Assembly: GCA_963719315.1 (NCBI GenBank)
Contig: CAVRBU010000002.1
Span: 1,952,001 to 2,016,000, forward strand
DNA from: an uncultured Planctomycetota bacterium
Lineage (GTDB): Bacteria; Planctomycetota; Planctomycetia; Pirellulales; Lacipirellulaceae
DNA: 64,000 nt
Reading direction: 5' to 3'
A model generated the notes under the pieces. The model saw only the letters and a list, made by a program, of their open reading frames with translations. It did not search any database and was not told the DNA's origin. The translations under genes and the position numbers were made by a program. Below, one piece after another: positions 31,845 through 41,421 of this stretch. The stretch's first letter is position 1, and the number at the start of each line of letters is the position of its first letter.

Positions 31845-31920
31845 CGGCTATCAGCTATCGGCTGTCGGCCAAACCAAAGTGCTCCAGCCCTTGCAACTTC
31901 TCGCTGATAGCAGATAGCCG
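31845..31920. repeat. Inverted heptamer repeats (GCTATCA/G-type)
   Basis: CGGCTATCAGCTATCGGCTGTCGGC ... GCTGATAGCAGATAGCCG. Confidence 0.65.
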
Positions 31921-32072
31921 CGACACGGCACCCGGAAATACCTGCTGCCGGTGTCCGCGTCAGCCCCACCTGCTCTTGACGGTGCGCCAGCATACCGCGT
32001 ATTTTCCCACCCTCGTCGTCCGCTTTTCCCGCTCGGCGCTCGATCTCTATCGTCACGCGTATAGGTTTTCTG

Positions 32073-33485
32073 ATGCCGCAACTCGGCTCATTTCGCGCCC
32101 GTGCTTGCTGCGCCGCATTACAGTGCGCGATGCTCGTGACGGTGTGTTGCTTGTCGCCGACGATGTGCGCGGCTTGGCCATGGAGCAGCGACCCGGCAGC
32201 CGAAGCCGTCGGTTCCGCGCAGTGGTGGAAAAGTCATAAGAAGAATGCCGTGTTTGAACCCGGCAAGGGCTATATGGTCGAGGGCCAGGACGGCTACTTC
32301 GACGGCTTCGGTCATCCTATTTCAGACCCGGTGGCTTCCGAAAGCGTCATGGCGGCGGGAGAAAAGAAGGACGAGATTGGCCTGCTTCCGGCTCTCGATC
32401 CGCACGTCCAATTCAACAAGGTGAAGGCCGCCGTCGGGCTGGGGCCGAACGAGCAGTACGCCCGACAGGCGTACGCCGAAGGCGATCGCTTGTTCCGAGA
32501 AAAAGACTACAAAGCTGCGATCGGGCACTTCCAGACCGCCGTCACCCGCGGCCCCCACTCGTCCATCGAGCAAGAAGCGATGTTCATGCTCGCTCAAAGC
32601 TACTTCTTCGATGACCAATACATCAAAGCTCGCGATGCCTACGACGCTCTGGTGAAGGAATACTCCAATACGCGATACCTCGACACAGTGATCAAACACG
32701 AGTGGTTCATCGCACAATATTGGGAAGAAAGAGATCGCTCGAATCCCGATTGGCCGCTCACGCCGAACGTTATCGACAAGACACGGCCGTGGTTCGATAC
32801 GATCGGTCACGCGATTAAGACGTATGAAAGCATTCGGCTGAATGACCCCACTGGCCCTCGCGCGGATGATGCGATCATGGCTACGGCCAACATCTACTTC
32901 GCTCGCGGCCGATTCGAAGATGCCGACTACAACTACTCTCTTCTGCGCCGCGAGTATCCGCGAAGTGAACTGCAGTTCGAAGCGCACCTGCTTGGTTTGC
33001 AAGCGAAACTTCGCAAATACCAGGGCGAAGACTACGACGGCACGCCGCTCGAAGAGGCCAAAACACTCGTCAAACAATTGAACTCGCAGTTCTCCGGCCG
33101 GCTCAGCAAAGAGGAAAAAGATCGACTGGGCACGGTCGAAGGTCAGCTCAACCAGGAAATCGCCACCCGCGATTACCGCATGGCGGCCTACTACGATAAG
33201 AAGCAGGACTACGGCGCGGCGAAATACTATTACGCGCAAGTGATCAAGAAATATCCCGACACCGAATTGGCCCAGAAATCGCGCGACCGATACGCCAGTC
33301 TCAAGGATGAACCGGACCGGCCGCCCAAGAAACTGGCGTTCTTGATCGATCGCCTCCCGGAAAGCCGCGAGCGAACGCGCGTCGCCCGCATCCCCGAGCT
33401 GCAAAACGGCGGCACGCGATTGGCCGAAGTCCCCGACAAAAGCGGCACGACATCCGGAAACGCAGAGCCCACGACCACCAAATAA
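32073..33485 (+). CDS. bamD: TPR outer-membrane assembly factor BamD-like protein
   Basis: TPR-like helices, 'YYDKKQDYGAAKYYYAQVIKKYPDT', located directly before lptE. Confidence 0.7.
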   Translation: MPQLGSFRARACCAALQCAMLVTVCCLSPTMCAAWPWSSDPAAEAVGSAQWWKSHKKNAVFEPGKGYMVEGQDGYFDGFGHPISDPVASESVMAAGEKKDEIGLLPALDPHVQFNKVKAAVGLGPNEQYARQAYAEGDRLFREKDYKAAIGHFQTAVTRGPHSSIEQEAMFMLAQSYFFDDQYIKARDAYDALVKEYSNTRYLDTVIKHEWFIAQYWEERDRSNPDWPLTPNVIDKTRPWFDTIGHAIKTYESIRLNDPTGPRADDAIMATANIYFARGRFEDADYNYSLLRREYPRSELQFEAHLLGLQAKLRKYQGEDYDGTPLEEAKTLVKQLNSQFSGRLSKEEKDRLGTVEGQLNQEIATRDYRMAAYYDKKQDYGAAKYYYAQVIKKYPDTELAQKSRDRYASLKDEPDRPPKKLAFLIDRLPESRERTRVARIPELQNGGTRLAEVPDKSGTTSGNAEPTTTK

Positions 33486-33511
33486 CGGATGAAACTCTAC
33501 GCTCGCGCCGA

Positions 33512-34051
33512 ATGCCGTTCTCCCCAATTTGCAAATTGCGTTTTGCAATTTGCATTTTGCAATGCCTGCTCCTCACTGGTTGCATCGGCTACCAGGTTGG
33601 CACCGGCTCGCTCTACGCGCCCGATGTGGCGACCGTCTACGTGCCGATGATCGACTCCGACAGCTATCGCCGTGATCTGGGCGAGCGGCTGACGGAAGCT
33701 GTCGTGAAGGAGATCGAACTCAAAACGCCTTACAAGGTCGTAAATACGCCCAACGCCGATAGCATTCTCTCGGCTCGATTGTTGACCGATACGCGAAAGA
33801 CGCTCGTCGAAAATGCCTTCGACGACCCCCGCGTGTCCGAGACTGAAATACGGGCCGAAGTCACTTGGCTGAACCGCCGTCGGCTGCCCATCGCCCCCAC
33901 GCAAATGATCGCGATGCCGCCTGAATTGGTGGCCATGAGCGAAACCTCCAACATCATCCCCGAAGCCGGACAATCGGTCGCGACATCCCAAACTCAGGCC
34001 ATCCAACGGTTAGCACAGCAAATCGTGGCCACGATGGAAGCGCCCTGGTGA
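33512..34051 (+). CDS. lptE: LPS assembly lipoprotein LptE family
   Basis: Lipobox 'LLTGC', 'TVYVPM', 'LTEAVVKEIE.KTPYKVV...AD..L', 'LAQQIV..ME..W'. Confidence 0.75.
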   Translation: MPFSPICKLRFAICILQCLLLTGCIGYQVGTGSLYAPDVATVYVPMIDSDSYRRDLGERLTEAVVKEIELKTPYKVVNTPNADSILSARLLTDTRKTLVENAFDDPRVSETEIRAEVTWLNRRRLPIAPTQMIAMPPELVAMSETSNIIPEAGQSVATSQTQAIQRLAQQIVATMEAPW

Positions 34052-34052
34052 T

Positions 34053-34225
34053 AGTAGTAAGCACGCTCCGCGTTCCGTAACCTGAGCGAGCAAGAAATCC
34101 TCGGAGGTTGCCTAGTAGTCTGTCACGATTGAAACGTTGGGTGGCATGCCTTCGCCGCGCTGCGGCATAGGCATGATTTCGATCGAGACATGCTCACCAG
34201 CCGCTGCGGGAGAGCATGCCACCCA
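34053..34225. repeat. REP-like elements
   Basis: GTAGTAAGCACGCTCCGCGTTCCGT plus an inverted pair GGGTGGCATGCCTTCGCCGC ... GCGGGGAGAGCATGCCACCC. Confidence 0.65.
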
Positions 34226-34290
34226 TCAATTCAATATGGCCAGAGCGCTACCACGTGGCCAAGCCGCTCTCGCCGGGCTACGCTGAATAG

Positions 34291-35172
34291 ATGCAACCCG
34301 ATGCGAAATGTATCTCGCGTTTTAGTCTTCGCGCCGCGCGTTGGCAACTTCGCAGCCGCGTGATCGAATTTCCGCGTCGGCCGCTGGTGATGGGCATTGT
34401 CAACGTGACGCCGGATAGCTTTTCCGACGGCGGACGTTTTTTCGGCGTTGACGCGGCCGTTGCGCACGCCCTGCAACTGGTGGACGATGGCGCCGATGTA
34501 CTGGATATCGGCGGTGAAAGCACCCGGCCGTACTCAGCACCCGTTTCGGAAAACGAGGAGCTGCGGCGAGTTCTGCCGATCTTCGAGAAACTCGCTGGCC
34601 GCATTCGAGTTCCCATCTCGATTGATACAAGCAAATCGACGGTGGCCCGCGCCGCGATCGACGCCGGCGCCGAGATCATCAACGACGTGACCGGCCTGAC
34701 AGGCGATCCCGCTATGGTCGAAGTCGCGGTCCAAACGGGCGCCGCCTTGTGCGCGATGCACATGCAGGGCACGCCACAAACGATGCAGGATAATCCGACG
34801 TACACGAATGTCGTCACCGAAGTTCTAGGTTATTTGCGAGCAAGGCGCGACTCCCTCGCGGCGGCCGGCATCGCCCAGGATCGAATCTGCCTCGACCCTG
34901 GCATCGGCTTCGGCAAAACGCACGAACACAACATCGCACTAATGCGTCATTGCCACGAGTTTCACGCACTCGGGTGTCCGCTATTGGTCGGTCACTCGCG
35001 CAAGGGTTTCTTGGGCAAACTCATTGGCAACAAGGAAGCCGACCTCACCAACGCAACGGTCGGAGCCGCATTGAGATTGGCAGTGCAGGGCGTTCAAATT
35101 GTGCGCGTCCATGATGTCCGGCCGTTGCGCGAAGCAATGATTGCATTCGAGGCGACGGGCGGCTTGTTTTAG
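34291..35172 (+). CDS. folP: Dihydropteroate synthase
   Basis: 'MGIVNVTPDSFSDGG', 'DIGGESTRP', 'DPGIGFGK', 'GHSRK', 'VRVHDV'. Confidence 0.96.
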   Translation: MQPDAKCISRFSLRAARWQLRSRVIEFPRRPLVMGIVNVTPDSFSDGGRFFGVDAAVAHALQLVDDGADVLDIGGESTRPYSAPVSENEELRRVLPIFEKLAGRIRVPISIDTSKSTVARAAIDAGAEIINDVTGLTGDPAMVEVAVQTGAALCAMHMQGTPQTMQDNPTYTNVVTEVLGYLRARRDSLAAAGIAQDRICLDPGIGFGKTHEHNIALMRHCHEFHALGCPLLVGHSRKGFLGKLIGNKEADLTNATVGAALRLAVQGVQIVRVHDVRPLREAMIAFEATGGLF

Positions 35173-35279
35173 CCGGGAAATCCCTTGGGCGGACGCCCTT
35201 GCTGCCGCAAGCCAACATTGACCCAAGTCCTGATATTGCCGATACTTAATGGGTTCGACGCCGCACGACGGCAGCGTCA

Positions 35280-36569
35280 GTGAGCACCCAATCCATGCCT
35301 GTCGCCACCGAGCTTGATTTGGACAAATATTGCGCGGAAATTGCATCCCGCGCGAAGCGGGCGTCCGTGCGCTTGGCGACGACATCCACACGCGTCAAAA
35401 ACGAATGGTTGCGGCAATCGGCCCGGCTGTTGCGTGAGCAGGACGAACGAATCATCGAGGCCAATGTCCGCGATCTTCACGCCGCTCCAGGTTATGGTCT
35501 CACGGATGCCGCGCTCGACCGCTTGCGGCTTAGCGCCCAGCGGATCGAAGAAATCGCCGCCGGCCTGGAACAGATCGCCGAATTGCCGGACCCGATTGGC
35601 GTATTGATTCGCACGACCGATCGCCCGAACGGCCTGAGAATCGACAAGGTCCGCGTGCCGCTGGGCGTGGTGTTTTTCATTTACGAATCGCGGCCCAACG
35701 TGACGGCCGACGCGGCGGCGATCTGCGTCAAATCCGGAAACGCCGTGATTCTCCGCGGCGGCAAGGAAGCGATTCATTCGAGCCAGGCGATTGTTGAGCT
35801 ACTTGCCGAAGCGGCCGACGAAGCCGGCTTGCCGGCCGATGCCGTGCAAATGGTAAGCACGACCGACCGGTCCACCGTCGGCAAGTTCCTGGCCATGCCG
35901 CAATACATCGACCTCGCGATTCCGCGTGGCGGCGAGGGATTGATTCGCCGCGTGGCGGCCGAGGCCCAGATGCCCGTGATAAAACACTTCACCGGCAACT
36001 GCCACGTGTACGTCGATGCGGCCGCCGATCTCGACATGGCCCGTACGATCGTCCTCAACAGCAAGTGCCAACGTATGGGCGTCTGCAACGCCGCCGAATC
36101 GCTCGTGGTCCATGCCGATGTGGCGGGTGAGTTCCTGCCCAAGATCGGGCTAGCATTGGCCGAGCGCGGCGTAGAGATTCGCGGCGACGACCGAACGTGC
36201 GAGCTGGTTCCAAAAGCGATCGCAGCCACCGATGAAGATTTCACAGCCGAGTTCTTGGGCCCGATTATTTCGTCCCGAGTGGTTGGTTCGCTGGAAGAAG
36301 CCATCGAACACATCAACCGATTTGGATCGCAGCACACGGACGCCATTGTGACCGCCGACGAAAACGCCGCCCGCGAATTCGCGGTCCGCGTCGATAGCGC
36401 GGCCGTCATGATCAATGCCAGCACGCGGTTCAACGACGGCGGCCAATTCGGCCTCGGCGCCGAAATCGGCATCAGCACCGACAAATTCCACGCCCGCGGC
36501 CCCTGCGGCTTGGAAGAACTAACGAGTTATAAGTATGTAGTCCACGGATCGGGACAAATAAGGGATTAG
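35280..36569 (+). CDS. proA: Gamma-glutamyl phosphate reductase
   Basis: '[15 protein letters not shown]', 'LRGGKEA', 'GVCNAAE', '[29 protein letters not shown]'. Confidence 0.96.
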   Translation: MSTQSMPVATELDLDKYCAEIASRAKRASVRLATTSTRVKNEWLRQSARLLREQDERIIEANVRDLHAAPGYGLTDAALDRLRLSAQRIEEIAAGLEQIAELPDPIGVLIRTTDRPNGLRIDKVRVPLGVVFFIYESRPNVTADAAAICVKSGNAVILRGGKEAIHSSQAIVELLAEAADEAGLPADAVQMVSTTDRSTVGKFLAMPQYIDLAIPRGGEGLIRRVAAEAQMPVIKHFTGNCHVYVDAAADLDMARTIVLNSKCQRMGVCNAAESLVVHADVAGEFLPKIGLALAERGVEIRGDDRTCELVPKAIAATDEDFTAEFLGPIISSRVVGSLEEAIEHINRFGSQHTDAIVTADENAAREFAVRVDSAAVMINASTRFNDGGQFGLGAEIGISTDKFHARGPCGLEELTSYKYVVHGSGQIRD

Positions 36570-36623
36570 GTTTTAGGTGTTAGGTGTCGGAGTTCGAATT
36601 CTGACACCCGATACCCGACACCT
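36567..36623. repeat. Inverted heptamer repeats (TAGGTGT / CCGACAC-type)
   Basis: TAGGTTTTAGGTGTTAGGTGTCGG ... CTGACACCCGATACCCGACACCT. Confidence 0.65.
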
Positions 36624-36643
36624 TCCCTCGCAAGGAGTGCACG

Positions 36644-37630
36644 ATGAGTGGCGACGTTCTCAGCCAGGCGGAAGTCGAAAGTCTTATCACCGCGATGGAT
36701 AGTCGCGAGGCGGATGGCATCGCCGACGCGGCTACCAGCCGCAGCCGGCAACGCGCAAAGGTTTCGCCCTACGACTTCAAACGCCCTGAACGCGTGGGCA
36801 AAGAGCAGATGCGCTCGTTGCAAACGATGCACGAGGCGTTTGGCCGCAATTTCGGGGCCTCGCTTTCGGCCCTGTTGCGGACGATCGTAGAGCTCAAGCT
36901 CACGAGTGTCGATCAGCTCACCTACAGCGAATTCGTCTTCAGCCTGGAAAACCCCACCTGCTTCAACTTGATCAATGCCGCGCCGCTCGAAGGACAATTG
37001 ATCCTCGACATCAACTTGTCACTGTTGTTCCCGATCATCGATCGTCTGCTGGGCGGCGGCAGTGACCCCGGCCCGGCGGTCCGCCGTCCGCTCACGGAAA
37101 TCGAGCAGCGGCTCGTTTCTCGAATCACCGACCTGTTCTGCAAAGAGATGAAGCACGCCTGGGAAAACGTGCTCGAACTCAATCTTTCGATCGATCGCGT
37201 GGAGAGCAACCCCCAGCTCGTGCAGATCGTGCCGCCGAACGAAGTCGTCGTGCTGATCAGCTTCGAGCTCACGCTGGGCGACGCCCGCGGCATGATGAAT
37301 TTGTGCATTCCGTTCAATTCGATCGAGCGGATCAGCACGCGGTTGTCGGCCAATAGTTGGGTCAGCTACGGCAAGAAATCGGCCACGACCGAAAACATCC
37401 AACGCATCAGCAGCCAATTGGGCGACGCCGTCGTGGAAGTCGTCGTGGACCTCGCGGAGACGAACATCTCGACTTCCGATCTGATAGGCCTCAGCGTGGG
37501 CGACATCATCGCCACGGAGCAAGACGTTTCCCGGCCGCTCGTGGTATCGGTCGAGGGCCGGCCCAAGTTTCACGCCCAGCCCGGTGCGTTCAAAGGCCGC
37601 AAAGCGATTCAGGTCGTCGGCACGATTTGA
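36644..37630 (+). CDS. fliM: Flagellar motor switch protein FliM
   Basis: CheY-binding 'VLSQAEVESL', 'YDFKRPER', 'RPLTEIE', 'ESNPQLVQIVPPNE'. AGGAG SD. Confidence 0.95.
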   Translation: MSGDVLSQAEVESLITAMDSREADGIADAATSRSRQRAKVSPYDFKRPERVGKEQMRSLQTMHEAFGRNFGASLSALLRTIVELKLTSVDQLTYSEFVFSLENPTCFNLINAAPLEGQLILDINLSLLFPIIDRLLGGGSDPGPAVRRPLTEIEQRLVSRITDLFCKEMKHAWENVLELNLSIDRVESNPQLVQIVPPNEVVVLISFELTLGDARGMMNLCIPFNSIERISTRLSANSWVSYGKKSATTENIQRISSQLGDAVVEVVVDLAETNISTSDLIGLSVGDIIATEQDVSRPLVVSVEGRPKFHAQPGAFKGRKAIQVVGTI

Positions 37631-37668
37631 TCATGATATCCTTTGCGCCGAAAACACGGCCGTCGGCT

Positions 37669-39603
37669 TCAAGGCAAGCCGGCCCCGATTTCGGGACGTC
37701 GCACAAGCGGTGGCAGCGCTTGTTCCAAGACGCCGCGGGCTCGCGGCCAAATTAGAATCCCTTCCACGACCATCCACACTTGCAGCAGCAGCGTCACGGC
37801 GCCCAGGCCGAACAGCAAACGATTGTGGCTGTACCAACCCGTGCCGCCGTTGAACATTTGCCACACCAGCGCCCACGCCGGCATCACGATCATCAGCAAC
37901 ATGGGCGGCACGAGGAACCAGACCGGCTTACCCCGTCGCCACAAATAAAATGCGGTGACCATGAAGGCCAGACCCGCCAGTAGTTGATTTGTCGCCCCGA
38001 ATAATGGCCACAGGTACAGGCCGCCATTACCGTGCGGCCCGGGTGCCCCGTTGGGCAACGCGGGTCCGCGCATCATGGCCAAGACCATCGCCAGCGCCAC
38101 AGCCAAGATTGTGGCCGCGTACTTGTTCGTCAATGGTCGGATCCCTAACGTCGCGGCGAGTTCTTGGACGACGTATCGTTGCAGCCGCGTGGCTGTATCG
38201 AGCGTCGTGGCGGCAAAACAGGCCACGAGTACGGCCATCACTGCCACGGCAAACTTCAGCGGCAGGCCGATCGCGGTCAAGAAATTCGCCCCGCCGTCCA
38301 CGAAGCCCCCGACCAGCTTTCCCAAGGTAAAACTGTTCCAGCCGTTGGCCGGATTGTATTGAGCGTGCCATGCCGCCGCGCCGACAAGCGGTTGGCCATC
38401 CGCGTCACGCTGCACTTCAAAGCTATACGGCCGAATGACCTGCGCGTTTGTCACGCCCGCATCCGTTTGCCGTTGAAACAATCCCATGCCCAGACCCGCG
38501 CAGCAAGCCAGAATCACAATTACGGCCAAGGCCGCTTCGAGCAACATCGCTCCGTACCCGACGTATTGAGCGTCGCACTCGTTGGCAACCTGTTTGCTCG
38601 ATGTGCCGCTGGCGACCAGGCAATGAAACCCGCTGATCGCCCCGCACGCGATGGTAATGAACAAGAACGGCCAAATGGGCGGCGCGTCGGCCGGCCACTG
38701 CGCCATCGGCACGATGGCCGGTGCGCTCTGATGCAAATCCGCGTGTCCCGCGAGGCCGGCCACACAGATTCCCAGCACCAGGGCTGCCAATGCCAACAAT
38801 AATTGCTGGCTATTAATAAAGTCGCGCGGCTGCAACAAGACCCATACTGGCAGCACCGAGGCAAAGAAACAGTAGATGAACAGGGCAATCGTCCACAGCA
38901 CGACCGGGTTCAACGTGTCGGCCGGCAGCCCGAGCGTCGCCGATAAACTAGTGCCCCAAGAAGCGGGTATGGATACCGGCAAGTAATACGCGCCGACGTA
39001 AACTGCGCCATACAGGATCACCAAACCAATGATCGACGGCCCGAGGATTCCGCCGCCATAGCGATAGACCCAAAAACCGATCGCCACCGCCAAGGGCATC
39101 GCCACCCACGTCGAGAGCACCGACTCGGGATAGAGATTGAACAATTGGGCGATCACAAGCCCAAAAATCGCCAGCACCACGGTGAGTGCAAAAAACAGAA
39201 TCAGCAAAAACAGCAGCCGCGCTCGCGGCGCGATCATCCGACCCGCGATGTCGCCCACCGTCTGCCCCCGGTTGCGAAGGCTCACGACGAGCGCGCCGAA
39301 ATCGTGCACCGCTCCGATAAAGATCGACCCCAGGAGCACCCACAGCAGGGCCGGCAACCAGCCCCAAAAAACCGCGATCGCCGGCCCGACAATCGGCCCG
39401 GTGCCCGCGATGCTGGTAAAGTGGTGTCCGAAGATAACTTCTTTGCGCGTCGGCACGAAATCGACATCGTCGCGCAACTGCCGGCTGGGAACTTCCGCCG
39501 TGGCGTCGAGTTGAAAGACGCGCCGCGCCAACCACCGCCCGTAGGTATGGTAGGCAATGATGAAACCGATAAACGAACCAATGGCGACCAGGAATGTGAG
39601 CAT
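37669..39603 (-). CDS. cstA: Carbon starvation protein A (CstA) family transporter
   Basis: 'FGHHFTSIAGTGPIVGP', 'LLQPRD', 'FITIACGAISGFH', 'TTLDTATRL.RY', 'WPLFGATNQLLA'. ATG at 39603. Confidence 0.93.
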   Translation of the reverse strand: MLTFLVAIGSFIGFIIAYHTYGRWLARRVFQLDATAEVPSRQLRDDVDFVPTRKEVIFGHHFTSIAGTGPIVGPAIAVFWGWLPALLWVLLGSIFIGAVHDFGALVVSLRNRGQTVGDIAGRMIAPRARLLFLLILFFALTVVLAIFGLVIAQLFNLYPESVLSTWVAMPLAVAIGFWVYRYGGGILGPSIIGLVILYGAVYVGAYYLPVSIPASWGTSLSATLGLPADTLNPVVLWTIALFIYCFFASVLPVWVLLQPRDFINSQQLLLALAALVLGICVAGLAGHADLHQSAPAIVPMAQWPADAPPIWPFLFITIACGAISGFHCLVASGTSSKQVANECDAQYVGYGAMLLEAALAVIVILACCAGLGMGLFQRQTDAGVTNAQVIRPYSFEVQRDADGQPLVGAAAWHAQYNPANGWNSFTLGKLVGGFVDGGANFLTAIGLPLKFAVAVMAVLVACFAATTLDTATRLQRYVVQELAATLGIRPLTNKYAATILAVALAMVLAMMRGPALPNGAPGPHGNGGLYLWPLFGATNQLLAGLAFMVTAFYLWRRGKPVWFLVPPMLLMIVMPAWALVWQMFNGGTGWYSHNRLLFGLGAVTLLLQVWMVVEGILIWPRARGVLEQALPPLVRRPEIGAGLP

Positions 39604-39801
39604 GGCGGATTTGCAACCCGGAGAAGCCAAGTGAGCGACAAGTCTCGCACCAGCGGCCAGCACTTGTTCTTCCTTACTATATGATATCCGCGTTCGCTTC
39701 CCAACGGCAACGCCGCGCTGCGTTGGTTTACTCCGCCCGGCCCCCCTCCTATAATGCCGCAAAATGATGAGATGCCTTGTGGTTGTCAGGAGAGACGCAT
39801 T

Positions 39802-40854
39802 GTGGCCGAGAACGTAATCATCGTGGGCAGCGGACCGGCCGGTTGGTCCGCCTCTATTTATGCCGCGCGGGCCGAACTGAAGCCGCTCGTGTTCGAAGGC
39901 GCGATCACCGAGGAGAATCGCCTGCAAGGCACGCTGCCGTTGGGGCAGCTCGCGCTAACAACCGAGGTCGAAAACTATGCTGGTTTCCCGGCCGGCGACT
40001 TGAAACACTTTTTGAACACCGCGATCGACGGCGAACGCGTACAGTACATGAACATCTACGAGGGCAAGCACGCCGTCACCGGCCCCGAGTTGATGGAGCT
40101 GATGCGGCAGCAGGCCTTCAACTTCGGCACCCGGATCATTACCGATGATGTGGTCGAGGTGGACCTCAAACGCCGCCCGTTCGTCGTGCGAACGCTGGAA
40201 GGCAACACGCACGAAACGCATGCACTGATCGTGGCGACCGGCGCGAGGGCCAATTACCTGGGACTGCCTTCGGAGGATGCCTACAAAAACCGCGGCGTCA
40301 GCGCGTGCGCCGTGTGCGACGGGGCATTGCCGCGTTTCCGCAATAAACCGCTGATCGTCGTCGGCGGCGGCGACTCGGCCGTCGAAGAAGCGACCTATCT
40401 CACCAAGTATGCGTCCAAAGTGCACATGATCCACCGCCGCGACAAGCTGCGGGCCAGCATGATCATGCAAGAGCGAGCCCTCGGAAATCCCAAGATTCAA
40501 ATGGAGTGGAACCATACGCTCGACGAAGTCCTCGGCAACGACAAGGAGGGTGTCACGGGCGTCCGCCTGGCGAGTACGGCGGACAATGGTGTCCGCGAAC
40601 TGCCGGCCACCGGTGTCTTTCTGGCGATCGGCCACACGCCCAACACCGGGCTATTGAAGGGCCAGGTCGAACTCACCGACAAAGGCTACGTTCGCTGGAC
40701 AAAAGCGTATCGCACCGACACCAGCGTGGAAGGCGTGTTCGCCGCCGGCGACGTGGCCGACGACTACTACCGCCAGGCCATCACCTCCGCCGGCACCGGC
40801 TGCATGGCCGCACTCGACGCCGAACGCTGGCTGGCCGCGAAGGGAATACATTGA
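39802..40854 (+). CDS. trxB: Thioredoxin-disulfide reductase
   Basis: 'IVGSGPAG', '[10 protein letters not shown]', '[10 protein letters not shown]', 'HRRD', 'FAAGDV', 'RQAITSAG'. GTG 39802 follows AGGAG. Confidence 0.95.
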   Translation: MAENVIIVGSGPAGWSASIYAARAELKPLVFEGAITEENRLQGTLPLGQLALTTEVENYAGFPAGDLKHFLNTAIDGERVQYMNIYEGKHAVTGPELMELMRQQAFNFGTRIITDDVVEVDLKRRPFVVRTLEGNTHETHALIVATGARANYLGLPSEDAYKNRGVSACAVCDGALPRFRNKPLIVVGGGDSAVEEATYLTKYASKVHMIHRRDKLRASMIMQERALGNPKIQMEWNHTLDEVLGNDKEGVTGVRLASTADNGVRELPATGVFLAIGHTPNTGLLKGQVELTDKGYVRWTKAYRTDTSVEGVFAAGDVADDYYRQAITSAGTGCMAALDAERWLAAKGIH

Positions 40855-40864
40855 ACGATTTGGT

Positions 40865-40964
40865 CTGCAGATGACGCACGTGTTCGCAGATGAATTCAGA
40901 AATGAGCTAATCATTCCCCAATGATGCCTTCCTCCCCATCTGCGTTAATCTGCAACATCTGCGG
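40865..40964. repeat. Inverted repeat of CGCAGAT-type units
   Basis: CTGCAGATGACGCACGTGTTCGCAGATG ... CATCTGCGTTAATCTGCAACATCTGCGG. Confidence 0.65.
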
Positions 40965-41007
40965 ACTAAAAATGAATTCAATGCACTCATAGAAAAGAGC
41001 TAATTGT

Positions 41008-41421
41008 ATGTCCGACATCAAAATCACGCTCCAAGACCGAGCCGGCCGCAAGTGTGCCTCCAGTGGCTCAAAGTGGGAACCGATCATGGGCTACAGCCGC
41101 GCAGTGCGGAGCGGCAATGTGATCGCCGTGACCGGTTGCGTCGGCATCAATGCCGATGGCACCTATGCCCCAACCATTGGCGAGCAAGCGGCCCGCTCAC
41201 TGGCCATCATTCAGGCCGCCATCGAAGCGCTGGGCGGCAAACTCGAGCACGTCATTCGCACGCGAATGTTCGTAACCGACGTGGCCAAGTGGGAAGAAGT
41301 CGCCCGCGTCCACGGGAGCTTATTCGGCGAAATCAGGCCGGCGACGACAATCGTCGAAGTCGCCCGATTGATCGACGGCGAAGCGCTCATCGAAATCGAA
41401 GCGGATGCGATCGTGACCTGA
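41008..41421 (+). CDS. RidA/YjgF family protein
   Basis: 'WEPIMGYSRAVR.G', 'VIRTRMFVTD', 'IRPATTIVEV..L', 'IEIEADA'. Confidence 0.9.
   Translation: MSDIKITLQDRAGRKCASSGSKWEPIMGYSRAVRSGNVIAVTGCVGINADGTYAPTIGEQAARSLAIIQAAIEALGGKLEHVIRTRMFVTDVAKWEEVARVHGSLFGEIRPATTIVEVARLIDGEALIEIEADAIVT

Noticed and set aside
32322..33548. Long antisense ORFs (e.g. 32322-33548, 45013-46362, 54881-55876, 26568-27464)
   Set aside because: Shadow frames opposite well-supported genes, expected in high-GC DNA.
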